The position numbers were made by a program, and so were the translations under genes. The notes below the pieces were generated by a model. That model saw only the letters and a list, made by a program, of their open reading frames with translations. It was not told the origin of the DNA and ran no database searches. A stretch of 64,000 bases of DNA from contig CBDCYI010000011.1 of assembly GCA_965224085.1 (NCBI GenBank), positions 1,376,001 to 1,440,000 of the forward strand, in the 5' to 3' direction. Source of the stretch: Candidatus Marinacidobacterales bacterium (GTDB lineage: Bacteria > Acidobacteriota > Vicinamibacteria > Marinacidobacterales > SMYC01). Each line of letters starts with the position of its first letter. The stretch's first letter is position 1. Shown here piece by piece: positions 47,210 to 57,466 of the stretch.

Positions 47210-48666
47210 TCAAATCGTGACTACCGCAACGCTGGGCGTGTCTCGCGACGGGTCGGTGCCGAATCCACGGACAAGGAGGAGCTTTTGTCCTTCGACTCCG
47301 AAACCGAGCTCGCGAGCGAGACAGCAGGCGAGCGCCTGCGGGTCGTCGAGCTCGTTCGGTTCGACCACGACAGGAATGACACGCCAGAGAAGTGTCGCCA
47401 TGCGGCACGTGCTCGCTTGCGGCGATGTAGCGACGATCGGAGCCGCAGGGCGGGACGAGCTTATCACCGCGGCGGTTCGACCGCTTCTCGAGATCACGAG
47501 TATCGTGCGCACCCACAGATCCCGCGAGAGTTGGGCGACCGAACGTGCCAGCGCGTCCTCGACCTCTACGGGAGACGGAGCCTCGTTCGTTGACGAAAGA
47601 CCTCCGAACGCGCCTTGCTGCCACAGGTAGGCTTCGGTCTCACGCGCGATCGTGTCCATCATCGCCACCGCTTCGAGCGGGTAGGGCCCGCCGCCGACTC
47701 CGCCGAGGGCATGACCGCATCAGCTCCGCTCGTGACGGCAAGCGCAACATCGGAGACTTCGGCGCGCGTGGGGCGCGGCTCATGCGCCATCGATTCGAGC
47801 ATTTGTGTGGCGACGATGACCGGTTTGGCGCGCGCTCGAGCGAGGTCGATGAGCTGACTCTGAACCAGTGGCACGGATTGTGGCGGGAGCTCGACACCCA
47901 AATCCCCGCGCGCGACCATGATGCCGTCTGATTCACCGACAATGTCTTCTATGTCGTCGAGTGCTTCCGGCCTTTCGATTTTCGAGATGATGGAAGCGTG
48001 TGCTCCGCTGCTTTCGATGAGCTTTCTGAGCTCACGTACGTCGTCGGCACTTCGCACAAAGGAGAGCGCCAGGAAATCGGCACCGAGCTTGAGAGCGAAC
48101 TTTGCGTCTTCCCGATCTTTGTCCGTTAGAGAAGGCGCGGAAAGGCTCGCGCCCGGCAAGTTCATCCCCTTGTGGTCCTTGAGCTCGCCTCCGACGGTCA
48201 CGGTACAAACGACTTCCGTAGCTTCGATACGGACTACCTCGAGCTCGAGCGCGCCGTCGTCGAGAAGAATGCGATTGCCCGGCTTCACGTCGTCAGGGAG
48301 CGCGTCGTACTGTGACGGGACGAGCCCGTCGCCGCCCATTACGTCCCGCGTCGTCACCGTAACTTCTCGACCCCGCTCGAGCGACACCTGACCGCCGGCA
48401 AATCGCCCAACACGAATCTTAGGGCCACTGAGATCAACAAGAACCGCCGTGGGTCGCCTGCCCGTCTTGTTGGCCACATCGCGGACGCGGCGATAGACCG
48501 CACGGTGCGTCTCGTGCGTTCCGTGGGACATGTTGAGACGGAACACATCCGCTCCAGCTTGGACGAGACGCTCGATAGTGTCCGCGTCGCTCGAGCTCGG
48601 GCCCAAGGTGGCCACGATCTTCGTGCGCCGATACTTGAGGAGCGCGACCTCGGTCGTGATGGGCAT
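47210..48666 (-). pseudogene. pyk: Pyruvate kinase, frameshifted near 47685
   Basis: RTKIVATLGP, RLNMSHG, SKIE, MVARGDLGVE, ATQMLESM, PTRAEVSDV; adding one base gives GPYPLEAVAMM into the C-domain ORF. Confidence 0.88.
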
Positions 48667-48747
48667 CAGTCAGTGGGGCGTTGGTAGGCGAAGTATGTCA
48701 CGAAATAGACGGGGAGGATCGTTCGCAGTTGCCCGGAAGTAGCCGGG

Positions 48748-50202
48748 TCAGGCGCGAAACGGCTCGGGCGGGCGCCGCCGGTGCCAGTCCGTCTCGCGCT
48801 GAAAGATCATCGCGAGGTCCAATAGCACCTGCTCTTTCCAGGCGCCGCCGACGAGCTGAATCGAGAGTGGAAGCCCCTCCGCGTCGAACCCGCACGGGAT
48901 ACTAATTCCGGGAAGACCCGCGACGTTGGCGGCGTTATGGATCTTGAGCCGTGTGTGAGTCCTGCCACCGGGCTCGAGCTCGGGATCCGCCGGAACCGGC
49001 CAGCCATCGACGACCTCGCGACGGGCCGCACCGGAAGGCCACGTGGGCGCAACAACGATCGAGTAGCGGGAGAGAAGGTCGTCGGCCTCTCGGATCAACT
49101 CGCTGCGAACCCTAAGTGCGAAAAGATAATCCGACGTCGGCTGGAGGCGAGCCGCCATCCAACTCGCAACCCTTGCCCGATTGTAGGGAAAACATCCTGC
49201 GATGCGTCCGTTGTCGAAGTAGGGCTCGAAGAACGAGCCACTCTCACAACCGACGAGCTGGGAGAATATGGACCCGTATGGACGATCGGGCAAAGTGATA
49301 TCTTCGAGCCTGCATCCAGCGTCGTGGAGAACGTCGAGCGCGTTGTCGAACACACGGCGGTCCGCCGGCGCGGCGAGCTCGAAAGCGGCCCGCTCCACTC
49401 CAACCTTGGCCCCCTTCGGGGACGTGGGCTCTCGCCGGAACGAGAACTCACGTCGCGCGGTGGCGTTGTCTCGACTGTCATAGCCGGCGATCGCTTCGAG
49501 CACGAGGCCGCAATCTTCGGCCGTTCGCCCCACCGGGCCGAGTTTGTCCAAGCTCCAGGACAAAACCATCGCTCCATAACGGCTAACGCGTCCGAGGGTC
49601 GGTCGGAGTCCCGTGGCCCCGACGGCCGAGCACGGGTAGACGATCGAGCCACCGGTCTCGCTTCCGATGCCGAAGGCGATGAAGCCCGCGACCGTCCCGG
49701 CGGCCGTCCCGCTCGACGAGCCAAAGGTCGTTCGATCGCGTTTCCAAGGATTGAGGGCATTGCTCGTATTGCCGCCCGCGAACTCCCCCATCGACATCTT
49801 AGCCATGAGCACCGCACCGGCGGCTCCGAGTCTTTCCACGACGGCTGCGTTTCGGTCCGGAACGTTGTCGGCGAAAATGCGCGAGCCCCAAGTCGTTCGC
49901 ACACCTCGCGTGTCGAGCAAATCCTTGACACCGTACGGAAGTCCATGGAGAGGGCTCCGGCGGTCGGTGGTGTCGGCGCGCCGGGCGATTTCGAGTGCGT
50001 GCTCCCGAGCGAGCGTAATGACGGTCGCGAGTTTCTCCCCCGATCTCTTGCCGGGGTCGGCGGGTAGGTCGAAGTCGGGCTGATCGAGACGTTCGACACG
50101 ATTCAGGTAGAGCTCGGTAAGCTCGACCGACGAGAGCTGCCGAGTCTCGAGAAGTCTCGAAAGCTCGGCGATCGATGCGAAGTGGATGTCGTTCTGCAGC
50201 AT
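48748..50202 (-). CDS. Amidase-signature family enzyme
   Basis: LHGLPYGVKD, GSSSG, GSETGGSI, GLRPT.GRVS, N..GLP.IS.P.G. Confidence 0.92.
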   Translation of the reverse strand: MLQNDIHFASIAELSRLLETRQLSSVELTELYLNRVERLDQPDFDLPADPGKRSGEKLATVITLAREHALEIARRADTTDRRSPLHGLPYGVKDLLDTRGVRTTWGSRIFADNVPDRNAAVVERLGAAGAVLMAKMSMGEFAGGNTSNALNPWKRDRTTFGSSSGTAAGTVAGFIAFGIGSETGGSIVYPCSAVGATGLRPTLGRVSRYGAMVLSWSLDKLGPVGRTAEDCGLVLEAIAGYDSRDNATARREFSFRREPTSPKGAKVGVERAAFELAAPADRRVFDNALDVLHDAGCRLEDITLPDRPYGSIFSQLVGCESGSFFEPYFDNGRIAGCFPYNRARVASWMAARLQPTSDYLFALRVRSELIREADDLLSRYSIVVAPTWPSGAARREVVDGWPVPADPELEPGGRTHTRLKIHNAANVAGLPGISIPCGFDAEGLPLSIQLVGGAWKEQVLLDLAMIFQRETDWHRRRPPEPFRA

Positions 50203-50253
50203 TCCTGCTCAATTTGCTCCCGGTGGCGGTGATTCTTATCAGCCTGCTAAAGC

Positions 50254-50520
50254 CTAGTAGCGTACGAAGGTGATCGTCGGTTCGGTGTCGGCCGGCAAAG
50301 CGTAGCGTCTCAAGTTCGCCCGCGTCTGGGCGTTCAAGTCGATGGCGTGGCGCAATAGCTCGAGCCACTGGGAATCCGCGAAAATGCCTCGGCCTCCCTG
50401 CGCGTCGAGCATCGCTCCCACGCTTTGCGTGCTGATACGCTCGCTTTCGCTATTCTGGGCGGAAAGACGGACAGCGCTCGCAGAAACGAGCGCCGTGAAT
50501 TCTCTGCGAGAGAGAGTCAT
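50254..50520 (-). CDS. Small Tat-motif protein, GatC/AtzG-like amidase partner
   Basis: SRREF motif; C-terminal LR...LP...EP...F; directly upstream of the amidase. Confidence 0.6.
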   Translation of the reverse strand: MTLSRREFTALVSASAVRLSAQNSESERISTQSVGAMLDAQGGRGIFADSQWLELLRHAIDLNAQTRANLRRYALPADTEPTITFVRY

Positions 50521-50524
50521 GGGG

Positions 50525-50989
50525 TTACTGGCTCGACTCCCACCACAGCGAGCCGCGCCACGACGAAGGGAACACGGAAATCTGATCGATCCCGTCGAAT
50601 CGATCGAACCGGCGCCACCACGCGTCGCCCTTGCCCCACGGATCGGGTCGGGCCACGCCGCCGTGAAGATAGAAACATACCCGGTATCGTTTGGTGGAAT
50701 CGTAATCCTCCGGAACGAGGACGACGTAGTGATGTCGTCCGCCATTGCCTTTGCGGCTCCAGTCGAGCCGCCCGGTCTCGACGTCCGTCGCGTAGACCCG
50801 CCCCGTGCGAAGACGCGCCAAGATGACGGAGAATTCCGGCTCGGTTCGAAGGAGGCGGCGCGCCACTTTTTCTCGTTTCGAAACTTCGGTGGTCGCGAAA
50901 AACTCGGCGAGCGCGCTCTCAAACGTCACCTCTCGCGCAGAACTCACGGGCGCCGCGAGCAAAGCGACGGCGAGAAGGGCGCGCTTCAC
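50525..50989 (-). pseudogene. Truncated secreted alpha/beta hydrolase
   Basis: Signal peptide, Y.V.VPE.YD....Y...FYLHGG; stops at WWESSQ* before any GxSxG. Confidence 0.55.
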
Positions 50990-51054
50990 GGGCGGAAGCA
51001 TAGCACCCTGGCGCGCCGGATGCGTGTGCGGCATAATCCCGCGCGGAGGTGTCC

Positions 51055-52611
51055 ATGAAAGCCCAGTTAACGCTAGTCGTCTTCGCGCTGAGCGCCGGTT
51101 GTATGAGCCCCGAGCCGGGCCGCGATCCCGGCACTGAGACAGAAACCGTCGACGCAGCGATGGCGGCCCCGGAGACGGCCACGCAAGCAGAGGGAGAGGA
51201 CGTGTCGGAGCCTCTCATCCTTGCAGCCAGCGGGGACGCTTTTCCGGAGGAGCTTTTTCCGCTCGCCCGGAAATGGACAGGAGACTTCGATGGCATGATC
51301 GAGCGCCGCGTTATCCGGGCCGTCGTGACCGTCAGCATGACCGGGTATTTTCTCGACGGCGCCACTCAGCGCGGGATCACCTACGACGCGCTTCAAGCGT
51401 TCGAAAAAGCGCTCAACGAGAATCTGAATACGGGGAACCTCAAAGTTCATGTCGCCATCATCCCCGTCGCCAGGGATCAGTTGATCCCGGCGCTGCTTGA
51501 CGGTCGCGCCGACATTGCCGCGGCCAATCTCACGATAACTCCTGGGCGTCAGAGGCTCGTCGACTTTTCCGAAGCCGGATGGACCGGTGTGAGCGAGCTC
51601 GTCGTCACCGGGCCGAGTGCGCCAGCTTTATCCGAGCTTCACGACCTCTCCGGCCAAGAGATTCACGTGCGGGCGTCGAGCAGCTATTACGAGAGCCTGC
51701 AGTCCTTGAACGAAGAGCTCCGAGCCGCCGAGAAGGACCCAGCCCGCCTCGTGCTCGCCGACGAGCACATGGAGGACGAAGACTTGCTCCAGATGGTCAA
51801 TGGCGGCCTCATCCCTATCATCATCGTCGACAGCACGAAAGCGGATTTCTGGGTTCAAATCTTCGACAACATCACGGCTCATCACGACCTCGCGGTGCGC
51901 ACCGGAGGCGAGATCGCGTGGGCGTTTCGCAAGAACAGCCCGAAGCTCGCCGAGGAAGTGAACGCCTTCATTCGCCCGAACCGCAAGGGCACGCTCCTAG
52001 GCAACATGCTCTTCAAGCGCTATCTCAAGAACACGAAGTGGGTCGAGCATGCGCTTTCGAGCTCGGAGATGGCCAAATTCCATGCGACCGTCGATTACTT
52101 TCGGAAATATGGTGACCAGTACGATTTCGACTATCTCATGCTCGCCGCACTCGGCTTTCAGGAGTCGCGCCTGGATCATAGCGTGCGCAGTAGCGCGGGA
52201 GCGATCGGCGTCATGCAGCTTCTTCCGACGACGGCAGCGGACGCGAATGTCGGCATTCCCGATATCGAGATCCTAGAGAACAACATCCACGCGGGCGCGA
52301 AGTATCTACGCTTCGTAAAAGACCGCTACTTCGCCGGAGAAGACATGGACAAGGTCGAGCAGACGCTATTTACGTTCGCGTCGTACAACGCGGGTCCGGC
52401 GCGCGTGCGCGGATTGCGTCTGAAAGCAGAGGCGACCGGGCTCGATCCGAATGTGTGGTTCGATAATGTCGAAGTGATCGCAGCGCACGAGATAGGACGC
52501 GAGACGGTGCAATATGTCAGCAATATCTACAAGTACTACATCGCTTATCGCCAAAGCGAGATCCAGCGACAACGCAAAGGGCAGGTGCTCTCACTCTCGC
52601 CTTCGCGTTGA
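51055..52611 (+). CDS. MltF-like lytic transglycosylase with solute-binding domain (lipoprotein)
   Basis: LSAGC lipobox; WTGDFD.M..RR.IR, QES, GA.GVMQL, NIHAG.KY, ASYNAG, ETVQYV. Confidence 0.88.
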   Translation: MKAQLTLVVFALSAGCMSPEPGRDPGTETETVDAAMAAPETATQAEGEDVSEPLILAASGDAFPEELFPLARKWTGDFDGMIERRVIRAVVTVSMTGYFLDGATQRGITYDALQAFEKALNENLNTGNLKVHVAIIPVARDQLIPALLDGRADIAAANLTITPGRQRLVDFSEAGWTGVSELVVTGPSAPALSELHDLSGQEIHVRASSSYYESLQSLNEELRAAEKDPARLVLADEHMEDEDLLQMVNGGLIPIIIVDSTKADFWVQIFDNITAHHDLAVRTGGEIAWAFRKNSPKLAEEVNAFIRPNRKGTLLGNMLFKRYLKNTKWVEHALSSSEMAKFHATVDYFRKYGDQYDFDYLMLAALGFQESRLDHSVRSSAGAIGVMQLLPTTAADANVGIPDIEILENNIHAGAKYLRFVKDRYFAGEDMDKVEQTLFTFASYNAGPARVRGLRLKAEATGLDPNVWFDNVEVIAAHEIGRETVQYVSNIYKYYIAYRQSEIQRQRKGQVLSLSPSR

Positions 52612-53184
52612 TCTTGACGCGCCGTCGACTACCAGTGCCGGCTCTTCGCCGAGAATGGCGTGTATCGTGTAGAGGTACTGGAGCGCGGAGGCGACGACCA
52701 GGACCACCATCACCCCCAGTAGATAGCCAGTCAAAACATGGTCGGTCCCTCGAAAGTTGCACGCGATCACCCAGAGAATCGTGACGATGTGGACCACCGT
52801 CGTCGCTTTTCCCAAAAAACTCGGAGGAAAGCTTCGTCTTCGGATATAGACGTTGAAGACGAGCACCGCAACCAGAATGCCTGCATCTCGGCTGATCGAG
52901 AGGATGGTGATCCAGACTGGGATGGGCACGACGAGCGAGGCTTTCGGCCACGACAAAACGACGAGCGAGGACGTCACGAGGAGTTTGTCCGCTAGCGGAT
53001 CGAGCATCGTCCCGAGCTCGGTGCGCTCGTGCAGCAGCCGTGCGGCGAGACCATCGAGCGCGTCTGTCACGCCAGCAATAGCGAAGACCAGCAGCGCCCA
53101 CCCATAGAACCCGTAAATGAGCAGGATGACCAGCCCCGGGACCAGGCACATCCTTAGAATCGTCAATTGATTAGCGAGGGTCAC
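52591..53184 (-). CDS. CDP-alcohol phosphatidyltransferase (PgsA-like)
   Basis: N.LT.LR, TD.LDG..AR......LG..LDP.ADK. Confidence 0.92.
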   Translation of the reverse strand: MTLANQLTILRMCLVPGLVILLIYGFYGWALLVFAIAGVTDALDGLAARLLHERTELGTMLDPLADKLLVTSSLVVLSWPKASLVVPIPVWITILSISRDAGILVAVLVFNVYIRRRSFPPSFLGKATTVVHIVTILWVIACNFRGTDHVLTGYLLGVMVVLVVASALQYLYTIHAILGEEPALVVDGASRSTRRRE

Positions 53185-53355
53185 AACTCAACTACATGAT
53201 ACTCTTATGCTTATGGAACCGATTCCATTTAGTGATGAATGGCACTAAAAATTCGTGGACGAACTCAGTATACTCAACGGGCACTTTATCCAGTGCGAAG
53301 CTGACGACCCAACACTCATGACTAGCGGTTGGCATAGGCGCCGGGGGAGATTCTG

Positions 53356-53787
53356 ATGACCAGAATCAAAATGGTGAAGTGCACGCTCCGTTCTCCCGGA
53401 GAGGCACCTAACGCTAGATTTGTGCCGTTGCGCGAGTTCCGGCTCTGGAAGTACTACATGACCCACGCCCACGACAAGATCGTCGACGGCGAGGAAATCT
53501 CTATTTGGGTCGACGCGGAAAGCTATTCCGAGGAGCCCCCCGCTCAAGCCCGCCCGCTTGAGGCCGTGGTTCGGGTGGGTCTCCAATACTGGGACCAGGA
53601 CATGAACACGGCCGCGTTCAGCCAGCGCTATTTCCCGCTCGAGGATTACGACGCGATCCGTGACGTCTTCCTGGAGCACTATCCCGACCATCCCAACCCC
53701 GATGGTCGCACTGTGGCGCGCAAGAAGATTACCGAGACCCGGGGTTACTATCTCCATCCGAGGCTTCCGGAAGCTCGGGACTCCTGA
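53356..53787 (+). CDS. Hypothetical protein, 143 aa
   Basis: SD GGGGGAG, host-like codon usage, no recognised motif. Confidence 0.7.
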   Translation: MTRIKMVKCTLRSPGEAPNARFVPLREFRLWKYYMTHAHDKIVDGEEISIWVDAESYSEEPPAQARPLEAVVRVGLQYWDQDMNTAAFSQRYFPLEDYDAIRDVFLEHYPDHPNPDGRTVARKKITETRGYYLHPRLPEARDS

Positions 53788-54715
53788 GCGCAAAAGTGTC
53801 CTCGACGAACTCGATCAACATGGCCTCGTAGGCGTCCGCGTGCGTTCGATAAGCGGCACCGTGCCGCGCCTCCGGGAACGAACGAAAGCGGCTGGCCTCG
53901 CTCACTGACGCCTCGAACACGCGCTCTTGAAGCGCCACCGGCATCCTTTGGTCCGCTTCACCCGCGACAATCAAAACAGGGCGTGCGCCCATCCGGGCGA
54001 CGGCTTTCTCGAGGTCGAAATCGTCGCGGTCGAACCCGGCTGAAAGCTCCAGAGCGAGCAAGAGAGAGCTTCCGAACGGAAAGCGCGGTAAACCGAAGAT
54101 CAAATCTAGGTGATGCAAGACGGTGTGCTCGATGTTGAGAAAAGGACTGTCCGCGATGACCGCGTCCACTTCGGTAAGTTCGCTCGCAGCAAGGAGCGCC
54201 GCCACGGCACCCATAGACACGCCGTAGAGTAGAACTTTCACGTGCGGACGCCGCTCACGAAGAAACCGTACCGCGCCGCCGAAGTCATTGCTCTCGTGAT
54301 AGCCGAGGGTCACTCGCTCTCCTGTGCTCTCGCCGTGGCGCCTGAAATCGAAGACGAGCGTGTCAAAACCTTGCTTTCGAAAAAAAGCAGCGCGATCTAA
54401 AACCTCGCGTCGTGAGCGAAAGAGGCCATGACCGCAAGCGACGACGAGCTCCGAGTCGGCTCCTCCCATGTACCAGCCGGAAAGCTCGACACCGTCGGTG
54501 GACGTGAGGACGACGCTCTCGTAGTCGAGGTCGTAATCCGCCGGGGTTGAAGTGAGCTTCAAGTCCATCGGGCGCGTGCCGGCGCGCGTGACGAGACTGG
54601 CGAGCGCAAAAGGCAGCCCGATCGTGATCCCGAGCACGAGCACGAGCAAAAGACCGAGAAGGATCTTCTTCCAGCGTTTTCGTTTCGCCAAGGTTTTACT
54701 CTTTGTCTTGTTCAT
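53729..54715 (-). CDS. Membrane-anchored alpha/beta hydrolase
   Basis: N-terminal TM, L.GWY, FDFR.HGES, GVSMG, D and H catalytic candidates. Confidence 0.88.
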   Translation of the reverse strand: MNKTKSKTLAKRKRWKKILLGLLLVLVLGITIGLPFALASLVTRAGTRPMDLKLTSTPADYDLDYESVVLTSTDGVELSGWYMGGADSELVVACGHGLFRSRREVLDRAAFFRKQGFDTLVFDFRRHGESTGERVTLGYHESNDFGGAVRFLRERRPHVKVLLYGVSMGAVAALLAASELTEVDAVIADSPFLNIEHTVLHHLDLIFGLPRFPFGSSLLLALELSAGFDRDDFDLEKAVARMGARPVLIVAGEADQRMPVALQERVFEASVSEASRFRSFPEARHGAAYRTHADAYEAMLIEFVEDTFALRSPELPEASDGDSNPGSR

Positions 54716-55871
54716 GCTCTTCTATAAGAAGGATCAAAACAACGGCCACGGCGCTGAAGCCAGCTGTCAACCAGCAGATATATTGAAAACCAAGCGGGTA
54801 AAGCATGGACGCGAGGTATGCCGCGGTCGCGTTGCCGCACTGCGAGAGCGTGTTACGTAGCGCCACGAATGCACCACGATGCTCGCTCGTCACGAGCTGG
54901 GTCACCAGTGATTGCAGAGGCGCCACCCGCGTCGCAGCGGACAGTCCAACCATCCCCAACGCAGCGTACATCACGAAGCCCGCCGTCGCCGGAACCACAA
55001 CGACAAAAACCACCATTGCCGTGCTGCCCGCGAGCGCCACTCGTGTTTTTCCGATGTGATCGGACAGGCGCCCGGCCGCGAGCGCACCGAACAAGCCCGC
55101 GAGACCGCTCAAAGAAAAGACGTAGCTGACGCTGCTCAGCGAGAGCCCGATTTCCGTGCGCAAATGGGCACCGAGAAAGAGCAAGAAGCCGGTGAGTCCG
55201 CCAGTTACGAAAAACGCCGACAGCGCCCCGGCGGCAGTCGAGCGTGCCGTCATGAATCGTAAATAGCCAGGAGAGCGGGCCCAACTATAGGATCGGATCC
55301 GCGGCTCATCGAACCACAGGGTGACGACAACGGCTACGAGGCTCGCGCTGAACGTGAACAGGAGGTAGATCGTCCTCCAACCCGCAAGCTCGGCAATTCT
55401 TGCGGCGACGGGAATCGCGACCACCGGGGCTGCGTAGGCCATGCCCACCCAGCCCATCGCCCTTCCTCGTCTCTCGTAGGGAACGGAGTCAGCGATGGCC
55501 GCAACCGTCAGAGCCGATATCACGCCAGCGGCAGCGCCGGTGACCATGCGCGCCACGACGAAAACCCGAAGGGATCCGGAAGCGACGACGAGAAGGCTTC
55601 CGAGTGCAAAAACACATCCCGCGCCGATGAGAAAACGGCCTCGTCCGGTGTGGTCCGAGACGGGACCGGCGATAAGTGCCGCGAGGGCAGCGCAGATCGC
55701 ATAACCGATGACGGTGCGTCCAATGTCCTCGGGCGACGTGTCGAGGCTCGCGGCGATCTCCGTCAGTATCGGTGACAGTAATTGCGCGTCAACGAGGCCG
55801 AGAGTAAGAAGGCTGACGAGCGTCGCAACGGTCCGTTTCTCGCCCGGCGTTGGTGATAGCTCGCCCGTCAC
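54696..55871 (-). CDS. MFS transporter
   Basis: About 12 TM segments; GP.SD..GR and G.LSD.IGK motifs. Confidence 0.9.
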   Translation of the reverse strand: MTGELSPTPGEKRTVATLVSLLTLGLVDAQLLSPILTEIAASLDTSPEDIGRTVIGYAICAALAALIAGPVSDHTGRGRFLIGAGCVFALGSLLVVASGSLRVFVVARMVTGAAAGVISALTVAAIADSVPYERRGRAMGWVGMAYAAPVVAIPVAARIAELAGWRTIYLLFTFSASLVAVVVTLWFDEPRIRSYSWARSPGYLRFMTARSTAAGALSAFFVTGGLTGFLLFLGAHLRTEIGLSLSSVSYVFSLSGLAGLFGALAAGRLSDHIGKTRVALAGSTAMVVFVVVVPATAGFVMYAALGMVGLSAATRVAPLQSLVTQLVTSEHRGAFVALRNTLSQCGNATAAYLASMLYPLGFQYICWLTAGFSAVAVVLILLIEEHEQDKE

Positions 55872-55943
55872 GTGAACATACTAGCGCAACCAATCTTGCT
55901 CGCATTCGGAACGCGATGGTACGATGCCCGGCGGTTTTTACCT

Positions 55944-57461
55944 ATGAATTACGGCTTCATCATCGACAATCGAAAATGTATTGGTTGCCACGCGTGCACG
56001 GTAGCGTGCAAGTCCGAGCACGACACGCCGATCGGCGTCAATCGCACCTGGGTGAAATATATCGAGAAAGGCAACTTCCCGAACACCCATCGTGCGTTCA
56101 GTGTCATGCGCTGCAACCATTGCGCCGAATCTCCGTGCGCGACGATTTGCCCGACGACGGCGCTCTATGCGCGCGACGACGGTATCGTCGACTTCGACAA
56201 CCGACGCTGCATCGGCTGTAAGGCTTGCATGCAGGCCTGTCCCTACGACGCCATCCACATCGACCCGTCTAACGGGACGGCGGCGAAATGTAACTATTGC
56301 GCTCACCGCGTCGAGGTAGGGCTCGAGCCTCCATGCGTCAATGTATGCCCGACTCACGCGATTATCTCCGGCAACCTCGAGGATAGTTCGAGCGAGATCG
56401 CAACGCTCTTGGCACGCCACCCCGTGCAAGTGAGAAAACCCGAAAAAGGAACGGAGCCGAAGCTCTACTACATCGAGGGCGACGCCGCGTCGCTAACGCC
56501 AGGCGCGACCGATAGCGCCGGGAGCTACATGTGGACCGATGCCCCGCCTTCGGGTGTCGACCTCGACGCGTGGAGGATCGCATCGGAGCGACACAGCCAG
56601 GAACAATCCGCTTACGAGACGAAAACCGAAGGCGCCAAGAAAGTCTACGCTTCGCCCGAGCCTCATCGCGGAAGTTGGGGAAAGACCGTCTCCGCTTACC
56701 TCTTTACTAAATCCATTTCGGGCGGCGTCGGCCTCGTGCTCGCGTCTTTGCTTCTTTTGGGAGCACCGTTCTCCTTCGCCACCATCTCGACGGCGCTTCT
56801 TGCCTCGCTCGTCTTTCTCGGCCTGACGAATTTTCTACTCGTGTACAAGCTCGAGCGGCGCGATCGGTTTTTTTACGTCCTGGTGAAACCGCAATGGGGC
56901 TCATGGCTCACGCGCGGCGCTTACATCATGACGGCCTACGGACTGCTCGCGACCATAGCACTGCTACTCGCTCTCGCTTCAATCCGTCCGCCACCTCTTC
57001 TGCTCGTCCTCGTCCTCGTCGGTGCTTTCGGCACCGCCGTCTATAGCGCGTTTCTCTTCAATCAGGCGAAGGGGCGCGACTTGTGGCAAAGCCCGGTGCT
57101 GCCGCTCCATTTGATGGCGCATGCGGTCGTCGCTGGAGCCGCAACGCTCGGGCTCCTCTCCGGTTCCGCGACAACGATGTCACGGCTTCTCGCTGGCGGG
57201 CTCGCCGTCAGCCTCTTAGCACTCGGCGCGGAGTTTTTCTCTCGACACGCCACGGCGGACGGTGAGGCCGCAGCGAAGATGATCGTCTCGGGGCGGTTCC
57301 GCATACGGTTCTGGCTGTGGGTGTTCCTGCTCTGCCACCTCGTCCCGATTTTGCTACTCGCGGCGGGAGCTTTCACGGTGGCGGCGATTCTCGCGCTCAT
57401 TGGTATCGCACTTTTCGGGGACATGTTCGTCGAGGCAGGCCAGTCCCTGCCGCTCGCTTGA
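55944..57461 (+). CDS. 4x[4Fe-4S] ferredoxin fused to NrfD/PsrC-type membrane anchor
   Basis: CIGCHAC..ACK, CNHC...PC...CP, CIGCKACMQACPY, KC.YC..R......P.C...CP, followed by about 8 TM helices. Confidence 0.9.
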   Translation: MNYGFIIDNRKCIGCHACTVACKSEHDTPIGVNRTWVKYIEKGNFPNTHRAFSVMRCNHCAESPCATICPTTALYARDDGIVDFDNRRCIGCKACMQACPYDAIHIDPSNGTAAKCNYCAHRVEVGLEPPCVNVCPTHAIISGNLEDSSSEIATLLARHPVQVRKPEKGTEPKLYYIEGDAASLTPGATDSAGSYMWTDAPPSGVDLDAWRIASERHSQEQSAYETKTEGAKKVYASPEPHRGSWGKTVSAYLFTKSISGGVGLVLASLLLLGAPFSFATISTALLASLVFLGLTNFLLVYKLERRDRFFYVLVKPQWGSWLTRGAYIMTAYGLLATIALLLALASIRPPPLLLVLVLVGAFGTAVYSAFLFNQAKGRDLWQSPVLPLHLMAHAVVAGAATLGLLSGSATTMSRLLAGGLAVSLLALGAEFFSRHATADGEAAAKMIVSGRFRIRFWLWVFLLCHLVPILLLAAGAFTVAAILALIGIALFGDMFVEAGQSLPLA

Positions 57462-57466
57462 GTTTC

